Assembly: GCA_050013255.1 (NCBI GenBank)
Contig: JBEKFP010000002.1
Span: 576,001 to 640,000, forward strand
Length of the DNA stretch: 64,000 nucleotides
Direction of reading: 5' to 3'
Origin: Candidatus Bathyarchaeia archaeon
GTDB lineage: Archaea > Thermoproteota > Bathyarchaeia > 40CM-2-53-6
The position numbers and the translations under genes are program-made. This document shows, piece after piece, positions 1 to 9,720 of this stretch (positions are counted from its first letter, which is position 1; each line of letters opens with the position of its first letter). The notes under the pieces were generated by a model. The model saw only the letters and a list, made by a program, of their open reading frames with translations, made no database searches and had not been told where the DNA came from.

Positions 1-90
1 CAGAAGGCTCTGAGATTTCGGGTGGCCTGAAATACTATTAAGGCTGGTTGCGTTTGAAGGTTGAACTTCAAGGCCTAAGAGCTGGGTTTA

Positions 91-966
91 TTGCAGTCGT
101 ATGTTTCCTCTGGCCGTAAAATTGTCGGCCTAGTTTCTATGATGCGGCTGCCTAACTGTGTGATGATTGGTTTCGCAGTTATTGTCGGCGAGTTGATAGC
201 TTCAGCGACCGTCCCAGTGAGGTCAGCATTCTATGGCTACATGGCATTCTACGGCTTCATGGCGGGTTTTCTTCTCTTAGCAGCTTCAATGGTTTTGAAC
301 GACTACTTTGACCGGGAGATAGATGCAATCAACGAACCGAAGCGGCCAATACCGGCAGGAGTAATCAAGCCCACGGAAGCATTCTCATTCTCAATAATCC
401 TTGGCGCAATCGGCTTTTGGTTCGCCAACAATTCAGGGATTGCGACACTCATAATTGCTATCGTAAGCGTAATCATCATGGTCTTGTACAATTCGAGTAT
501 CAAGAGGACCGGGCTCTTGGGGAACGCTCTTGTCAGCACAAATGTAGCGATTCCTTTCGTTTACGGGGGTTTCGTCGTGGCAAGCCCCAGTTGGTCACTT
601 GTAATATTCTCTATCCTCGCTTTCCTCTCCAGCATGGGACGGGAAATTGTCAAAGGAATAGTTGACGTCTCCGGCGACACTGCTAAGGGAGTTAGGTCAG
701 TGGCTGCGACAAAGGGAACTGCCCAGGCAGCGAAGGATGGCGCAGCCTTATTCATCGCTGCAGTTGCCCTAAGCGCGCTACCCCTGCTCCTGACACTCGT
801 TTCGTACTATTACATCCCTTTGGTTGCTATATGTGACATTGGCTTTCTGCTAACCGCTTATTCCCTGCTCACAAACTCTAGCCCCAAGAATGCGAAGAGG
901 AACAAGAACTACGTGCTCGTCTGGATGACCTTCGGCATGCTAGCTTTCCTAATCGGTGTGATATGA
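91..966 (+). CDS. UbiA-family prenyltransferase, probably digeranylgeranylglyceryl phosphate synthase
   Basis: NDYFDREIDAINEPKRPIPAG and GREIVKGIVDVSGD Asp-rich motifs; multi-TM; next to mevalonate genes. Confidence 0.88.
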   Translation: MQSYVSSGRKIVGLVSMMRLPNCVMIGFAVIVGELIASATVPVRSAFYGYMAFYGFMAGFLLLAASMVLNDYFDREIDAINEPKRPIPAGVIKPTEAFSFSIILGAIGFWFANNSGIATLIIAIVSVIIMVLYNSSIKRTGLLGNALVSTNVAIPFVYGGFVVASPSWSLVIFSILAFLSSMGREIVKGIVDVSGDTAKGVRSVAATKGTAQAAKDGAALFIAAVALSALPLLLTLVSYYYIPLVAICDIGFLLTAYSLLTNSSPKNAKRNKNYVLVWMTFGMLAFLIGVI

Positions 967-1055
967 CGCAATCCACGGGTATTTGTGCGGGATAGCCTGA
1001 CTCAGAAAATATTTATAATATCAAAGTCGTATCCGTCTATTCAGAAGGCTTTGTT

Positions 1056-1406
1056 TTGAGAGTCAATGGGAGCAGAATGCGCGGCATTGATTCGCGCGGC
1101 AAACGAAAGCTTTCCAAGGAATCTCTGACGGCCTTTCCGAGGGAAATCGTTGGAACATTCGCTCACCTTCCCAAAGTTTTCAAGAAAGTTGATATCGACC
1201 GACTTCTGGGCGACAAGATTTCACGAAGTATGAAATGGCGATACATCAGAAGAATGGAACGGCTTGGAATCGTCAAGCACGCAACAAAGAAGTATTACAG
1301 AAAAGTGTACGATACGATCTCCGAGTGGATGGAGAAGGACGCAATACCAAAGATACGACGAATGGAAGCGCTCGTTGAAATAGAAACGCCAACAACTAGT
1401 GCTTAG
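1056..1406 (+). CDS. Small basic hypothetical protein, possibly winged-helix DNA-binding
   Basis: 116-aa ORF with TATA-like TTTATAA upstream; YIRRMERLGIV resembles a wHTH wing. Confidence 0.5.
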   Translation: MRVNGSRMRGIDSRGKRKLSKESLTAFPREIVGTFAHLPKVFKKVDIDRLLGDKISRSMKWRYIRRMERLGIVKHATKKYYRKVYDTISEWMEKDAIPKIRRMEALVEIETPTTSA

Positions 1407-2670
1407 AATATTTCTCCAGCAATTCCTTAGCCCGATCAACCCGAATCTTTCTTTCCGCAACCATTTGTTCGCTGACCTTATCGATAAGGCCCCCCGTCGC
1501 CCCTGCGTTAATTGCGATGTTGCGGGCATGCAAATTCATGTGGCCACGTTGAATGCCCTCAGCCGCTAGGGCCCTAAGCGCCGCTAGGTTCTGGGCTAGT
1601 CCGACTGAGACGATAACTTCAGCCAACTCTTTCGCTGTTCTAACGCCGAGAATCTTGACCCCTAGTTTTGCGACAGGGTTAGAGGCAGTTGCCCCTCCGA
1701 CTATCCCAACGGCCATGGGCATTTCGATGGTCCCAACCAAGTCGCCGTTGGCGTCCTTCTCCCAAGTCGACAGTGAAGTGTAGTGGCCCAAACGAGCGGC
1801 GTACGCGTGGGCGCCAGCTTCAATAGCTCTCGTGTCGTTGCCCGTGGCGAGTACGACGGCGGACACACCATTCATTATTCCCTTGTTATGGGTCGCGCAT
1901 CGGTACGGATCTGCAACAGCGAACGCGTACGCCTTTACGATCCCGTCAACAACATCCTCTCCGCCCAACGCCTCTTTGGTGAAGGTTGCTTTGGCACGGG
2001 CAAGGCGTTTCACGGCCAAATTGGAAATTATTCGCAAGTAAACTCGCCCACCTGAAATCTGCTCGACCATGGGAGCGACTGCTTCAACCATGGTGTTTAC
2101 AGCATTCGCACCCATCGCGTCTCGACAGTCAACGAGTAGCTCAGCGATTACCATCTTCCCTAGGAAGGTGTCGATAATGCGTACTTCTAAATCGCGGGCT
2201 CCGCCACCTAGGGATACGAGGACCGGGTCCTGTTCATTGGCGTGCTTCAAAATCTCCGCTTTGTGCGCGAGTATTTCAAACCGAGCCCTATGCACATCCT
2301 GAACGCCCACAATTTGTATCTGCCCTATCATAACAGGGTCCGTCGAGGTTGCATTGAAACCACCCTTCAGCCTGCTCATTTTGGCAGCATTGCTCGCGGC
2401 CGCGATAACTGATGGCTCTTCAATAGCCATCGGTACGACCATGTCCTTGCCGTTGATTAGAAAATTCATGGCCACTCCCAGTGGGACTGGCATAACGCCC
2501 ACTAGGTTTTCGACCATGCGGTTTGCAACGTCAAAACTGAGCGCACCAGGCTTCTGGAGCAGTGAGGCTTCCTCTTCGGTCAAGCCAGCGAACTCCTTCA
2601 GTAGTCGCACCCTATCCGCAACTGGCAGCTTGTAAAAGCCGGAAAGGTCAGAACGCCTAGACATATGCAA
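1396..2670 (-). CDS. hmgA: HMG-CoA reductase, class II
   Basis: ENLVG, EEPSVIAAAS, DAMGAN, THNKG and GHM motifs. Confidence 0.93.
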   Translation of the reverse strand: MHMSRRSDLSGFYKLPVADRVRLLKEFAGLTEEEASLLQKPGALSFDVANRMVENLVGVMPVPLGVAMNFLINGKDMVVPMAIEEPSVIAAASNAAKMSRLKGGFNATSTDPVMIGQIQIVGVQDVHRARFEILAHKAEILKHANEQDPVLVSLGGGARDLEVRIIDTFLGKMVIAELLVDCRDAMGANAVNTMVEAVAPMVEQISGGRVYLRIISNLAVKRLARAKATFTKEALGGEDVVDGIVKAYAFAVADPYRCATHNKGIMNGVSAVVLATGNDTRAIEAGAHAYAARLGHYTSLSTWEKDANGDLVGTIEMPMAVGIVGGATASNPVAKLGVKILGVRTAKELAEVIVSVGLAQNLAALRALAAEGIQRGHMNLHARNIAINAGATGGLIDKVSEQMVAERKIRVDRAKELLEKYSKH

Positions 2671-2721
2671 TCCCTCTATCGAAGGCGAATTATCATCTTT
2701 GAAGTTTGGGTATTTGGCAGT

Positions 2722-3711
2722 TCAGTCCTTCAGAAGTGAGGTTTGAACCCCATGCGGAACGAAATCGCTTGGCACGACCTGGCCACCGGCTTGCCGTATA
2801 GCGTTGGAAATCCGTGGGTGTGTTGCTTCGGCCGCGACCGCTATCATGCATCCTCCACCACCGCCTCCAGTAAGTTTCGCGCCAAGTGCCCCAGCCGACT
2901 TCGCTGCTGAGATTAGGCGCTCAAGGTCAGGTGATGAAACGCCTACCAGCTCGAGTAATCGCTGATTCTCATTCATCAGTTCGCCCAGGGATTCATGCTG
3001 TCCATTAATCAATGCGTTCATCGCAACTTCAGATATCTTCTGTGCCTTTGAAGCAATTTTGCCGTACTCTTGCGGTTTGGTTTCCCTAAGCCGTGTGACT
3101 CTTCCAACAAACTCGCCGGTAGACCTGCGTTTTCCCGTGTTACCGATGATCAGCAACGGGGGCCTAGTTGTTTGAAGCGTAGAGTTCACTTTGCCTTTCC
3201 TGTAGCTAATGAATCCCCCGTATGTGACGGTGGCTTGATCCACTCCTGACGGATGCCCGTGGACCATCTTCTCTAGTGAGTACGCGGCGTCGAAAACCTC
3301 CTCCTTAGAAAGGGGAAATCCCAACAATGTTGTGATTGCTGAAACCGTTCCAACAGCTGTCGCTGCTGATGAGCCTAACCCCATGCCGATGGGTACACGT
3401 GACTTTACGGCAACCTTCATTCCTCGTCCAGAGCGCCCTATCTTCTTAAGAATGAAGCTTGCAACTTCGAATATTGGGCGTAGCGTGGCCTCCGCATTGG
3501 CGCCTGAACACTGACCCAGTTGTCCGGCTGGGGAGAAAGAAGCTTCGAGCCCTAGATCTTCCGACCTGATTTCAATTTGGTCGCCCTCCAATGGTTCGGC
3601 CGTGACAACGGTTGGCAGGTCAATTGTCATCGATATTGCCGTGTTCCCACCTACAACGAAGTGTTCGCCGAATAGGATTACCTTTGCAGGCGAAACTGCG
3701 ATAGCTTTCAA
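2722..3711 (-). CDS. mvk: Mevalonate kinase
   Basis: PAKVILFGEH, PIGMGLGSSAA and KLTGGGGGG GHMP motifs. Confidence 0.93.
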   Translation of the reverse strand: MKAIAVSPAKVILFGEHFVVGGNTAISMTIDLPTVVTAEPLEGDQIEIRSEDLGLEASFSPAGQLGQCSGANAEATLRPIFEVASFILKKIGRSGRGMKVAVKSRVPIGMGLGSSAATAVGTVSAITTLLGFPLSKEEVFDAAYSLEKMVHGHPSGVDQATVTYGGFISYRKGKVNSTLQTTRPPLLIIGNTGKRRSTGEFVGRVTRLRETKPQEYGKIASKAQKISEVAMNALINGQHESLGELMNENQRLLELVGVSSPDLERLISAAKSAGALGAKLTGGGGGGCMIAVAAEATHPRISNAIRQAGGQVVPSDFVPHGVQTSLLKD

Positions 3712-3734
3712 AGCTCACCCTCACCTGGTTAGGG

Positions 3735-4586
3735 TTACTCTCGCGTGAAGAGAATTGAAGCGTACCCAACTACTGCGCTTCTGTCGCCAGTTATGTCCCC
3801 ACTGGTCTTGTATGTTAGGAACTCCGCCTTAATTCCGCCCAGCATTTTGGCGGCCGCAATGAGCGTAGTAATTGGGCCGTAACCACACATGGTTACTCGG
3901 TTCGTTTCTCCGAGTTCATTTAACGTGGCGTCATCGAGGTTTGTGATGGCTTCGATTGCCGTTTTGTCCTTCCTGCTTGCGCTCTCTTGCGTTTCGTAAT
4001 GTGTCATGTCACTTGATGCGATTATGGCGAAATTCTTGCCCTTGCACGCCTCAACGATGCTCTTGGCTATGTCCCGGCTAGTCTGAAGGTCTTGCATCAT
4101 CATTGAGATCGGGATGAACTTCGGGACATCCTTGTAGAGGAATTGGATGAAAGGTAACTGAACCTCAATAGAATGTTCAGCAGAATGGGAGCTTTCGTCG
4201 ACATCTAAAATGCCGCCAGCTTTCTGGATTTGTTTCGCTAAGGCACTATCAATTGAAGTGAGGCCGATCGGAGTTTCCCAGGCGCCTTCGGTTAGGATTG
4301 AGACACCGCTCCCGTAGCCGTTGTGGTTCGGGCCGAGGATTACGAAAACTTCCGGCACTCCGTCTGCGGCAAGGTGGCTGAAACCATTCGCCGCTACTGG
4401 TCCCGAGTACATGTACCCTGCATGCGGCGACACCAATCCAAGTATTCTCCTAGGGCCGTGCTCGACGACCTTCGGAACTTGTCCCGGCCCAAAAGGGTGG
4501 GTGAAGCAGCTCGTTATCTGATCCGTTAGTTCATTTTTCGTCCCGGCGTAGAAGGCGTTCGCCACATAGGGCTTCCGAATTTTCAA
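3735..4586 (-). CDS. MEMO1 family protein (AmmeMemoRadiSam protein B)
   Basis: PHAGYMYSG, EHSIEVQLPF, SSDMTHY and MCGYGP motifs; conserved rps2-MEMO-mvk context. Confidence 0.92.
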   Translation of the reverse strand: MKIRKPYVANAFYAGTKNELTDQITSCFTHPFGPGQVPKVVEHGPRRILGLVSPHAGYMYSGPVAANGFSHLAADGVPEVFVILGPNHNGYGSGVSILTEGAWETPIGLTSIDSALAKQIQKAGGILDVDESSHSAEHSIEVQLPFIQFLYKDVPKFIPISMMMQDLQTSRDIAKSIVEACKGKNFAIIASSDMTHYETQESASRKDKTAIEAITNLDDATLNELGETNRVTMCGYGPITTLIAAAKMLGGIKAEFLTYKTSGDITGDRSAVVGYASILFTRE

Positions 4587-5248
4587 AGCTCACCGCCCAC
4601 TCTCGGGGCGATAGCTGCCAACTTTGTCTCGAAATCATCCACCGTAACAGTGATTGCACCATCTTGGGCTAGTTCTCCTCTCTCGCGCAGTACCTGGCGT
4701 GCCAATAGATAGTAGATCATTGCCAACGCACGTCGCCCCTTGTTGTTTACAGGGATTGCAAGGTCGACTCCGCTGAAAACGTTGTCTGTGTCGCAAAGAG
4801 CTATGACGGGAACACCGGCGCTGGACGCTTCCTTGATAGCCTGCCAATCCGCTCTCGGGTCGGTTACCATCACAACCTGTGGGTCTGCATGGTATGGTTG
4901 TAGCGGGTTTGAGATAAGGCCTGGCATGAAACGGCCAATGATTGGAACGGTCTTCGTTATTCCACAGAACTTCTCAACGGGAGTTTTCCCATAGAGTCTA
5001 GAGGAAACGATCAGTACGCGGCCCTCCTCAAAGCGTGCGATAAATCGAGCCGCTAAACGAATCTTCTCATCAGTCTTCCCTATGTTTAGTATGAATAGGC
5101 CATCGGGCCTGACACGGTAAATGTAAGCTTCCATGTCTCCGGTCTTAATCCTCGTGCCTATGTGTAGCCCCGCGGCAAGTAGCTCTTCGAGCGGGAGGAG
5201 TAGATCCTCCGACTTCGGCATTCCCTCTTTTTCTTCAACCTCAGACAT
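4583..5248 (-). CDS. rps2: 30S ribosomal protein uS2
   Basis: LLAAGLHIG, GRFMPG, IPVNNKG. Confidence 0.96.
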   Translation of the reverse strand: MSEVEEKEGMPKSEDLLLPLEELLAAGLHIGTRIKTGDMEAYIYRVRPDGLFILNIGKTDEKIRLAARFIARFEEGRVLIVSSRLYGKTPVEKFCGITKTVPIIGRFMPGLISNPLQPYHADPQVVMVTDPRADWQAIKEASSAGVPVIALCDTDNVFSGVDLAIPVNNKGRRALAMIYYLLARQVLRERGELAQDGAITVTVDDFETKLAAIAPRVGGEL

Positions 5249-5265
5249 GTAGGCACTCTCTATGC

Positions 5266-5490
5266 TTATTCGAATTGGGCACGTCTCTTAGCGGTAACCT
5301 GCGAGTAACGCAATAGATCGTCCAGAACGTCTACTTGTGATATGAACATGCGGCGGCAGCAATACCTTGTCATACCCATTTCGTCCAAAACCGTCTTTGG
5401 CTTCTCTCCGGCCTTGACACGCCGTGAGAACTCTTCCCAGCGGTCTGCGACGAGTTTTCCGCATGTGAAGCATCTTACTGGTATGATCAA
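5266..5490 (-). CDS. rpoN: RNA polymerase subunit N (Rpo10)
   Basis: MIIPVRCFTCGK...RYCCRRM. Confidence 0.97.
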   Translation of the reverse strand: MIIPVRCFTCGKLVADRWEEFSRRVKAGEKPKTVLDEMGMTRYCCRRMFISQVDVLDDLLRYSQVTAKRRAQFE

Positions 5491-5498
5491 CTTTCATT

Positions 5499-5963
5499 CT
5501 ACCTGTATGATTTCTGCTCCCGGCGTCTGGCCCCTGGCCCACCGAACTTTTTAGGTTCCTTTCTTCGCGGGTCGCCCGCGAGCATTGTTCGATCGTAGTT
5601 AGTCATGGTCTTCCTGAGTTCGGAGCTACGCGACCATTGGACCAAACCCTTTGCCACAGCCATACGGGCTGCTTCAGCTTGACCCATGAATCCTCCGCCG
5701 CTAACCTTCACATTGATGTCCACTCCCTTCCCCCTCTCCCCCGACAGCACCAAGGGTTCGGTTATTTTCATCTTAGCAATCTCAGGAGTGAACATTGAAA
5801 GTGGGATACCGTTTACAATTACATTTCCAGAACCGGTCTTGATTACGGCTCTTGCGATAGCGGTTTTCCTTTTTCCCGTGACGAGTATGAGCCTCTTCTT
5901 CTCGGCTTTCTCGGGTTTCTCAGCCTTCTCTGGTTTCTCCAACGTTTCTAGTGTCTCACTCAT
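5499..5963 (-). CDS. rps9: 30S ribosomal protein uS9
   Basis: GKRKTAIARA, GGGFMGQA, KKFGGPGAR..QKSYR. Confidence 0.97.
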   Translation of the reverse strand: MSETLETLEKPEKAEKPEKAEKKRLILVTGKRKTAIARAVIKTGSGNVIVNGIPLSMFTPEIAKMKITEPLVLSGERGKGVDINVKVSGGGFMGQAEAARMAVAKGLVQWSRSSELRKTMTNYDRTMLAGDPRRKEPKKFGGPGARRREQKSYR

Positions 5964-5968
5964 TCAGA

Positions 5969-6409
5969 TTAACCTCCAATCTCCGTCGCGAGGTCCGCCA
6001 GGGTTATGTAAGGTGTACCGAGCTTTGAAGCATCTGCGCCGGCCACTTTCACAGCGGTCTTGCTTGAATACTCTTCCGGAACGCCCATGAACACGATGAC
6101 CCTGTGGAACGCGGCCCTTCCTTTAGCCTTCTTCCAAGGAAGCATACCACGGACTACCCGCCTAAAGTATAGGTCTGGCCGCCGTTGGTGTACTGGGGCA
6201 GTTGTCTGGTTTGCAAGTGTTCGCGTTCTGAGTCGCCGCTTTGCTTCTTCCACAATGTTCTTTCTCCTCCCAGAGATTACGGCCTTTTCAGCGTTGAGGA
6301 CGATGACGTCGTTGCCGCTTAAGGCGTGTTTAGCCGCGTAGCTGGCCAATCGCCCAAGGATCTGATTATTCGCATCTAGAAGCACAGGTTCTTTCGACAT
6401 GGCACTCAT
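5969..6409 (-). CDS. rpl13: 50S ribosomal protein uL13
   Basis: DANNQILGRLAS, RRVVRGMLP; start trimmed to the ATG overlapping the rpl18e stop. Confidence 0.95.
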   Translation of the reverse strand: MSAMSKEPVLLDANNQILGRLASYAAKHALSGNDVIVLNAEKAVISGRRKNIVEEAKRRLRTRTLANQTTAPVHQRRPDLYFRRVVRGMLPWKKAKGRAAFHRVIVFMGVPEEYSSKTAVKVAGADASKLGTPYITLADLATEIGG

Positions 6410-6765
6410 CTCAGAATTAGAACGTTTGATCCCTTTGGGTTCTTGCTGACGAAATCTTTGATTGCAACGCATTTTCCTCCAGCTAGCTCAATTTTCGCTT
6501 TTGCTGCTTGGGAGAACTGGAAGGCTCCAACAGTCACGGGGTGTTTAATGTAACCGGCTGACAGGACTTTGCCTGGGACAAGTACGAGTGCGTTACGTTT
6601 CGATGCCCGGGATATATGGTTCAGGTCTAGGACCGCCCTGTTTCGTCTAGGGCCAGAGAGGCATTCCGCTGTTACCGCCCAGATCTTGGCTTTGTTTTCC
6701 CTTGCCTGAACTTTAAGGAATCTGATTGTGTCGAGTAGTTCGGTGTTTGTGATTGCAGGGCGCAT
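6406..6765 (-). CDS. rpl18e: 50S ribosomal protein eL18
   Basis: VLVPGKVL, AFQFSQAAKAKIELAGG; operon position. Confidence 0.94.
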   Translation of the reverse strand: MRPAITNTELLDTIRFLKVQARENKAKIWAVTAECLSGPRRNRAVLDLNHISRASKRNALVLVPGKVLSAGYIKHPVTVGAFQFSQAAKAKIELAGGKCVAIKDFVSKNPKGSNVLILR

Positions 6766-6777
6766 AGAGCAATTCTC

Positions 6778-7605
6778 CTATTCGAAGCCCTTCTTCGCTA
6801 AGTCGGCGAGCGTATTTGCCTTTTTATCGAGAATCTTTGCCGCTTCTTCTGTGATTCTTTTCGGCGGTATGGCTCCGGTTGACTCTACATAAAACATGAA
6901 TGATCTGTCATCGCCTTCGATCTTAACTGGAAAAGTCTTCTTGGAATCTACTGGGACAGCCTTCTCGACGCAGTCCATGCACAGCGTGCAAGCAAGTTCA
7001 TCGCGAACGACAATCTTGTTTTCGGGGTCATGGGCGTAGACATCGGTTGGGCAAACTTGGATAACTTCGTCGGCGTTGGCTAGGTTGTCGGCGTTTAGCG
7101 TCACCTTTGGTAGGTACTTGTAGGCACACGCTGAAACAGGTTGCCATTTGGCGTGCTCCAACCCCCTCCCTAACCTGGCATAAACTTCAAGTTTCAACCT
7201 CTGCATGGGGCCGAGTTTGACGATTGGGATACTGCCACTTACAGGTGCTGTATCACTTTCTCCTTTCAAAGCCGATGAGTATACCATAACTGGTTCGTCA
7301 ACTGCTTCTGCTTCAAGTGTGAAAGATGCCCTGCATTTACTGCAGCCCAACTCGCTCTTGCAGTCACATTCCTCGGGCAATACGTAAGCGTCCAAGTCCG
7401 TTTTAATCGGTATGAGCCCAAGCCTATGGGCTATCACTTCATCGTAGAGAACGGAGGTGTTCTCGATTACGATAACGTCTTCAATAGCCATCACCGGAAC
7501 TTCCGCCATCATGGCGCGGCGAAGGGCATTAGCGTAGGCGTGTCCTGTTCCTTTCAACAAGAAACGGAGTGTGTTATCCTTCTCTTCCAGAATCTTTACG
7601 TCCAA
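6778..7605 (-). CDS. rpoD: RNA polymerase subunit D (Rpo3) with Fe-S domain
   Basis: ANALRRAMMAEVP, AHRLGLIP, HAKWQP, CTLCMDC. Confidence 0.96.
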   Translation of the reverse strand: MDVKILEEKDNTLRFLLKGTGHAYANALRRAMMAEVPVMAIEDVIVIENTSVLYDEVIAHRLGLIPIKTDLDAYVLPEECDCKSELGCSKCRASFTLEAEAVDEPVMVYSSALKGESDTAPVSGSIPIVKLGPMQRLKLEVYARLGRGLEHAKWQPVSACAYKYLPKVTLNADNLANADEVIQVCPTDVYAHDPENKIVVRDELACTLCMDCVEKAVPVDSKKTFPVKIEGDDRSFMFYVESTGAIPPKRITEEAAKILDKKANTLADLAKKGFE

Positions 7606-7611
7606 AACCTA

Positions 7612-7687
7612 CGGACCCCTCAGGAGGAACGGTACGTGTCGTGGGCCAGATTCCGCAGCACGACATGAATCTTGTCGTTGGGGTCCG
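7612..7687 (-). promoter_or_regulatory. Structured 5' leader of the rpoD operon
   Basis: CGGACCCC/GGGGUCCG closing stem with internal alternative stems; TATA-like TTTATAA near 7744-7750. Confidence 0.45.
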
Positions 7688-7843
7688 AAGTCCACGATAT
7701 TTTCACTTCTTGTGAAAGACTTTCGGAGGTAGCCTCTGCGGGGCTTATAAACTATTACGACTTTTCGAACGTTGAAAATCGCAAATGTTCTCGAACAGTT
7801 AAAGTTCACGAGGAACATCAATTCGTGTTAGGACTGTAAATCG

Positions 7844-8098
7844 TTGAACGAGATCTCCATCGCCACGATTGGATTCGGTCTTGTGTTCATCGGATTTGTC
7901 CTCGCATTAATCGCAGTAATCCTCCTTGCCACTAGGTCCGCCAACGCAGGGACAAAAACTCGCGGAGGGGGCATCCTGCTCATAGGCCCGATCCCAATAA
8001 TCTTCGGAACCGATCGCGAATCGGTGAAGATCCTCGTAATCTTATCCATAATTCTCATAGCCGTCGTCCTCATTGCATCAATATTCCTTGCCCGGTGA
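7844..8098 (+). CDS. DUF131 (TIGR00304) membrane protein
   Basis: GGGILLIGPIPIIFG signature. Confidence 0.85.
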   Translation: MNEISIATIGFGLVFIGFVLALIAVILLATRSANAGTKTRGGGILLIGPIPIIFGTDRESVKILVILSIILIAVVLIASIFLAR

Positions 8099-8514
8099 AC
8101 CACATGTCACCCCCGCTCTGCCCAATCTGTGAAATGCGGCCGGCAACTCATGTCTGTCAAGATTGCAGGCGCGTTGCCTGCAGCAACTGCATCGACCCAA
8201 TCCATTTAGTCTGTTCTGAATGCCAAGCCAAACTGAGGCCTCCCTCACCGCCGGCAAGTTCGGCTACTTCACGATTCCCATTGGCGACGTGGCTATTTTT
8301 CATAGCTTTCGCCGTAATTTTCATCGGCATGCTGCTGATAACTTTCGGTTCAGCTTCAAACTCTGGCCAGTTTAGCGGAGGGGCAATCATTTTGATTGGG
8401 CCGATTCCAATAATCCTCGGAAGCGGACCCTATTCCGTCGCTCTAATCGTATTGGCCGGAATCCTCACAATCGCAGGGCTGATGTTCTTGTTAGTTTTGA
8501 GGAGACTTTCCTAG
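8095..8514 (+). CDS. DUF131 membrane protein with N-terminal Cys-rich Zn-finger
   Basis: Four CxxC pairs followed by GGAIILIGPIPIILG. Confidence 0.8.
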   Translation: MNHMSPPLCPICEMRPATHVCQDCRRVACSNCIDPIHLVCSECQAKLRPPSPPASSATSRFPLATWLFFIAFAVIFIGMLLITFGSASNSGQFSGGAIILIGPIPIILGSGPYSVALIVLAGILTIAGLMFLLVLRRLS

Positions 8515-8527
8515 AGAGGTTTTGCGG

Positions 8528-9094
8528 CTAGGGAACCCTTTGGGATGGTTCGTTCACAGCTTGGCCGGCGGCCGTGGCTGCGATAACCTTCCTCATGGGA
8601 TGGTCGGCCTTCGACATTGGGCTATGAGAGAAGAACTTCAATTTCTCTTCCTCGTCGCGCCTGACCATGTAGCCAGGCACTGACACGATCTTTCCCGCCA
8701 CCGATATGTGCCCGTGCGAGACAAGTTGCCGTGCTTGGAAGGGTGTTTTCGCCAATCCTCTTCTGAAGACCATGGTTTGCAACCTACGTTCCAGCAAGTC
8801 TCGAATCTCCAAGTCCAGAACTTCATCGATGTTAGCGGATTCGGATAGAACTCCGATTCGGCTTAGCTTTGAAAGGTACTCGCGCTCTACTCGTTCGCGC
8901 TCTTCAGCGGTGGAACCTAGCAGTGACCTCGCTATGCCCCTGACCTGGGAAAGCATTGTTTTGTAGCGCCAGAGTTCTCGTTTGTTGCGGAGGCCGTATT
9001 CTCCCATTAGACGAAGTTCGAGCTCGAGCTGGTCCCTTCGCCATGGATGCCTCGGAGTCTCGTAGGTCTTTCGTTGTCTTTTCGGATCGCCCAT
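8528..9094 (-). CDS. rps4: 30S ribosomal protein uS4
   Basis: [34 protein letters not shown]. Confidence 0.97.
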   Translation of the reverse strand: MGDPKRQRKTYETPRHPWRRDQLELELRLMGEYGLRNKRELWRYKTMLSQVRGIARSLLGSTAEERERVEREYLSKLSRIGVLSESANIDEVLDLEIRDLLERRLQTMVFRRGLAKTPFQARQLVSHGHISVAGKIVSVPGYMVRRDEEEKLKFFSHSPMSKADHPMRKVIAATAAGQAVNEPSQRVP

Positions 9095-9106
9095 TTGCTA
9101 TCAGCC

Positions 9107-9622
9107 TTACTTCTTTTCTTCCTTAGGTTCCTCGCCTTTCCTATCAGCAGCCATAGCTGCCCTAGCAGCTTCCATAACAACCTTCTTTGCCACACCGACC
9201 GCCCTACCCTTCCGGCCCGTTGTCCTGGTCCGTTGTCCGCGAACCTTCAGGCCCAAAGAGTGTCTAATGCCCTTCCAGCTTCGAATATCCGTCATGAAAT
9301 CGACATCAGTCTTAATACTCAACGCTAGATCCGCGCCGATCAAATGCACGTCGCGGCCGCTGTCAGGACCCTTTCTTCTATTGAAAAGCCGTGAAGGCAG
9401 CCCGTACTTCGCAGGGTCCTTCATTACATCCTCCAGTTTCTGGACATCACCCTCAGAAAGGTCGCCCAACCTCGACTCTGGCCGAAGCTCCGCAGCCCGA
9501 ACTATTGCAACGGCATAGCTTGGCCCTACGCCCTTGATGTGCAAGAGGCCGTAAGCCAACTTCTTCGTCCCGTCTACGTTAGAGCCTGCAACGCGGAGGA
9601 TTTGCCTGAATTCTCTAGACAT
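9107..9622 (-). CDS. rps13: 30S ribosomal protein uS13
   Basis: IKGVG, WKGIRHSLGLKVRGQRTRTTGR. Confidence 0.97.
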   Translation of the reverse strand: MSREFRQILRVAGSNVDGTKKLAYGLLHIKGVGPSYAVAIVRAAELRPESRLGDLSEGDVQKLEDVMKDPAKYGLPSRLFNRRKGPDSGRDVHLIGADLALSIKTDVDFMTDIRSWKGIRHSLGLKVRGQRTRTTGRKGRAVGVAKKVVMEAARAAMAADRKGEEPKEEKK

Positions 9623-9720
9623 CTGCTTTTTACACCGAATGAGAAGTAGCGAAAGGCTGAATTGTATTAAACCTTGCCGGAAACCGAGTCCAGAATAACC
9701 CTAGCTACGCCCTGGTCAAC

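Noticed and set aside
5896-5940. EKPEKA tandem repeat in uS9 and the Lys-rich tail of eL32
   Set aside because: Ordinary low-complexity terminal extensions
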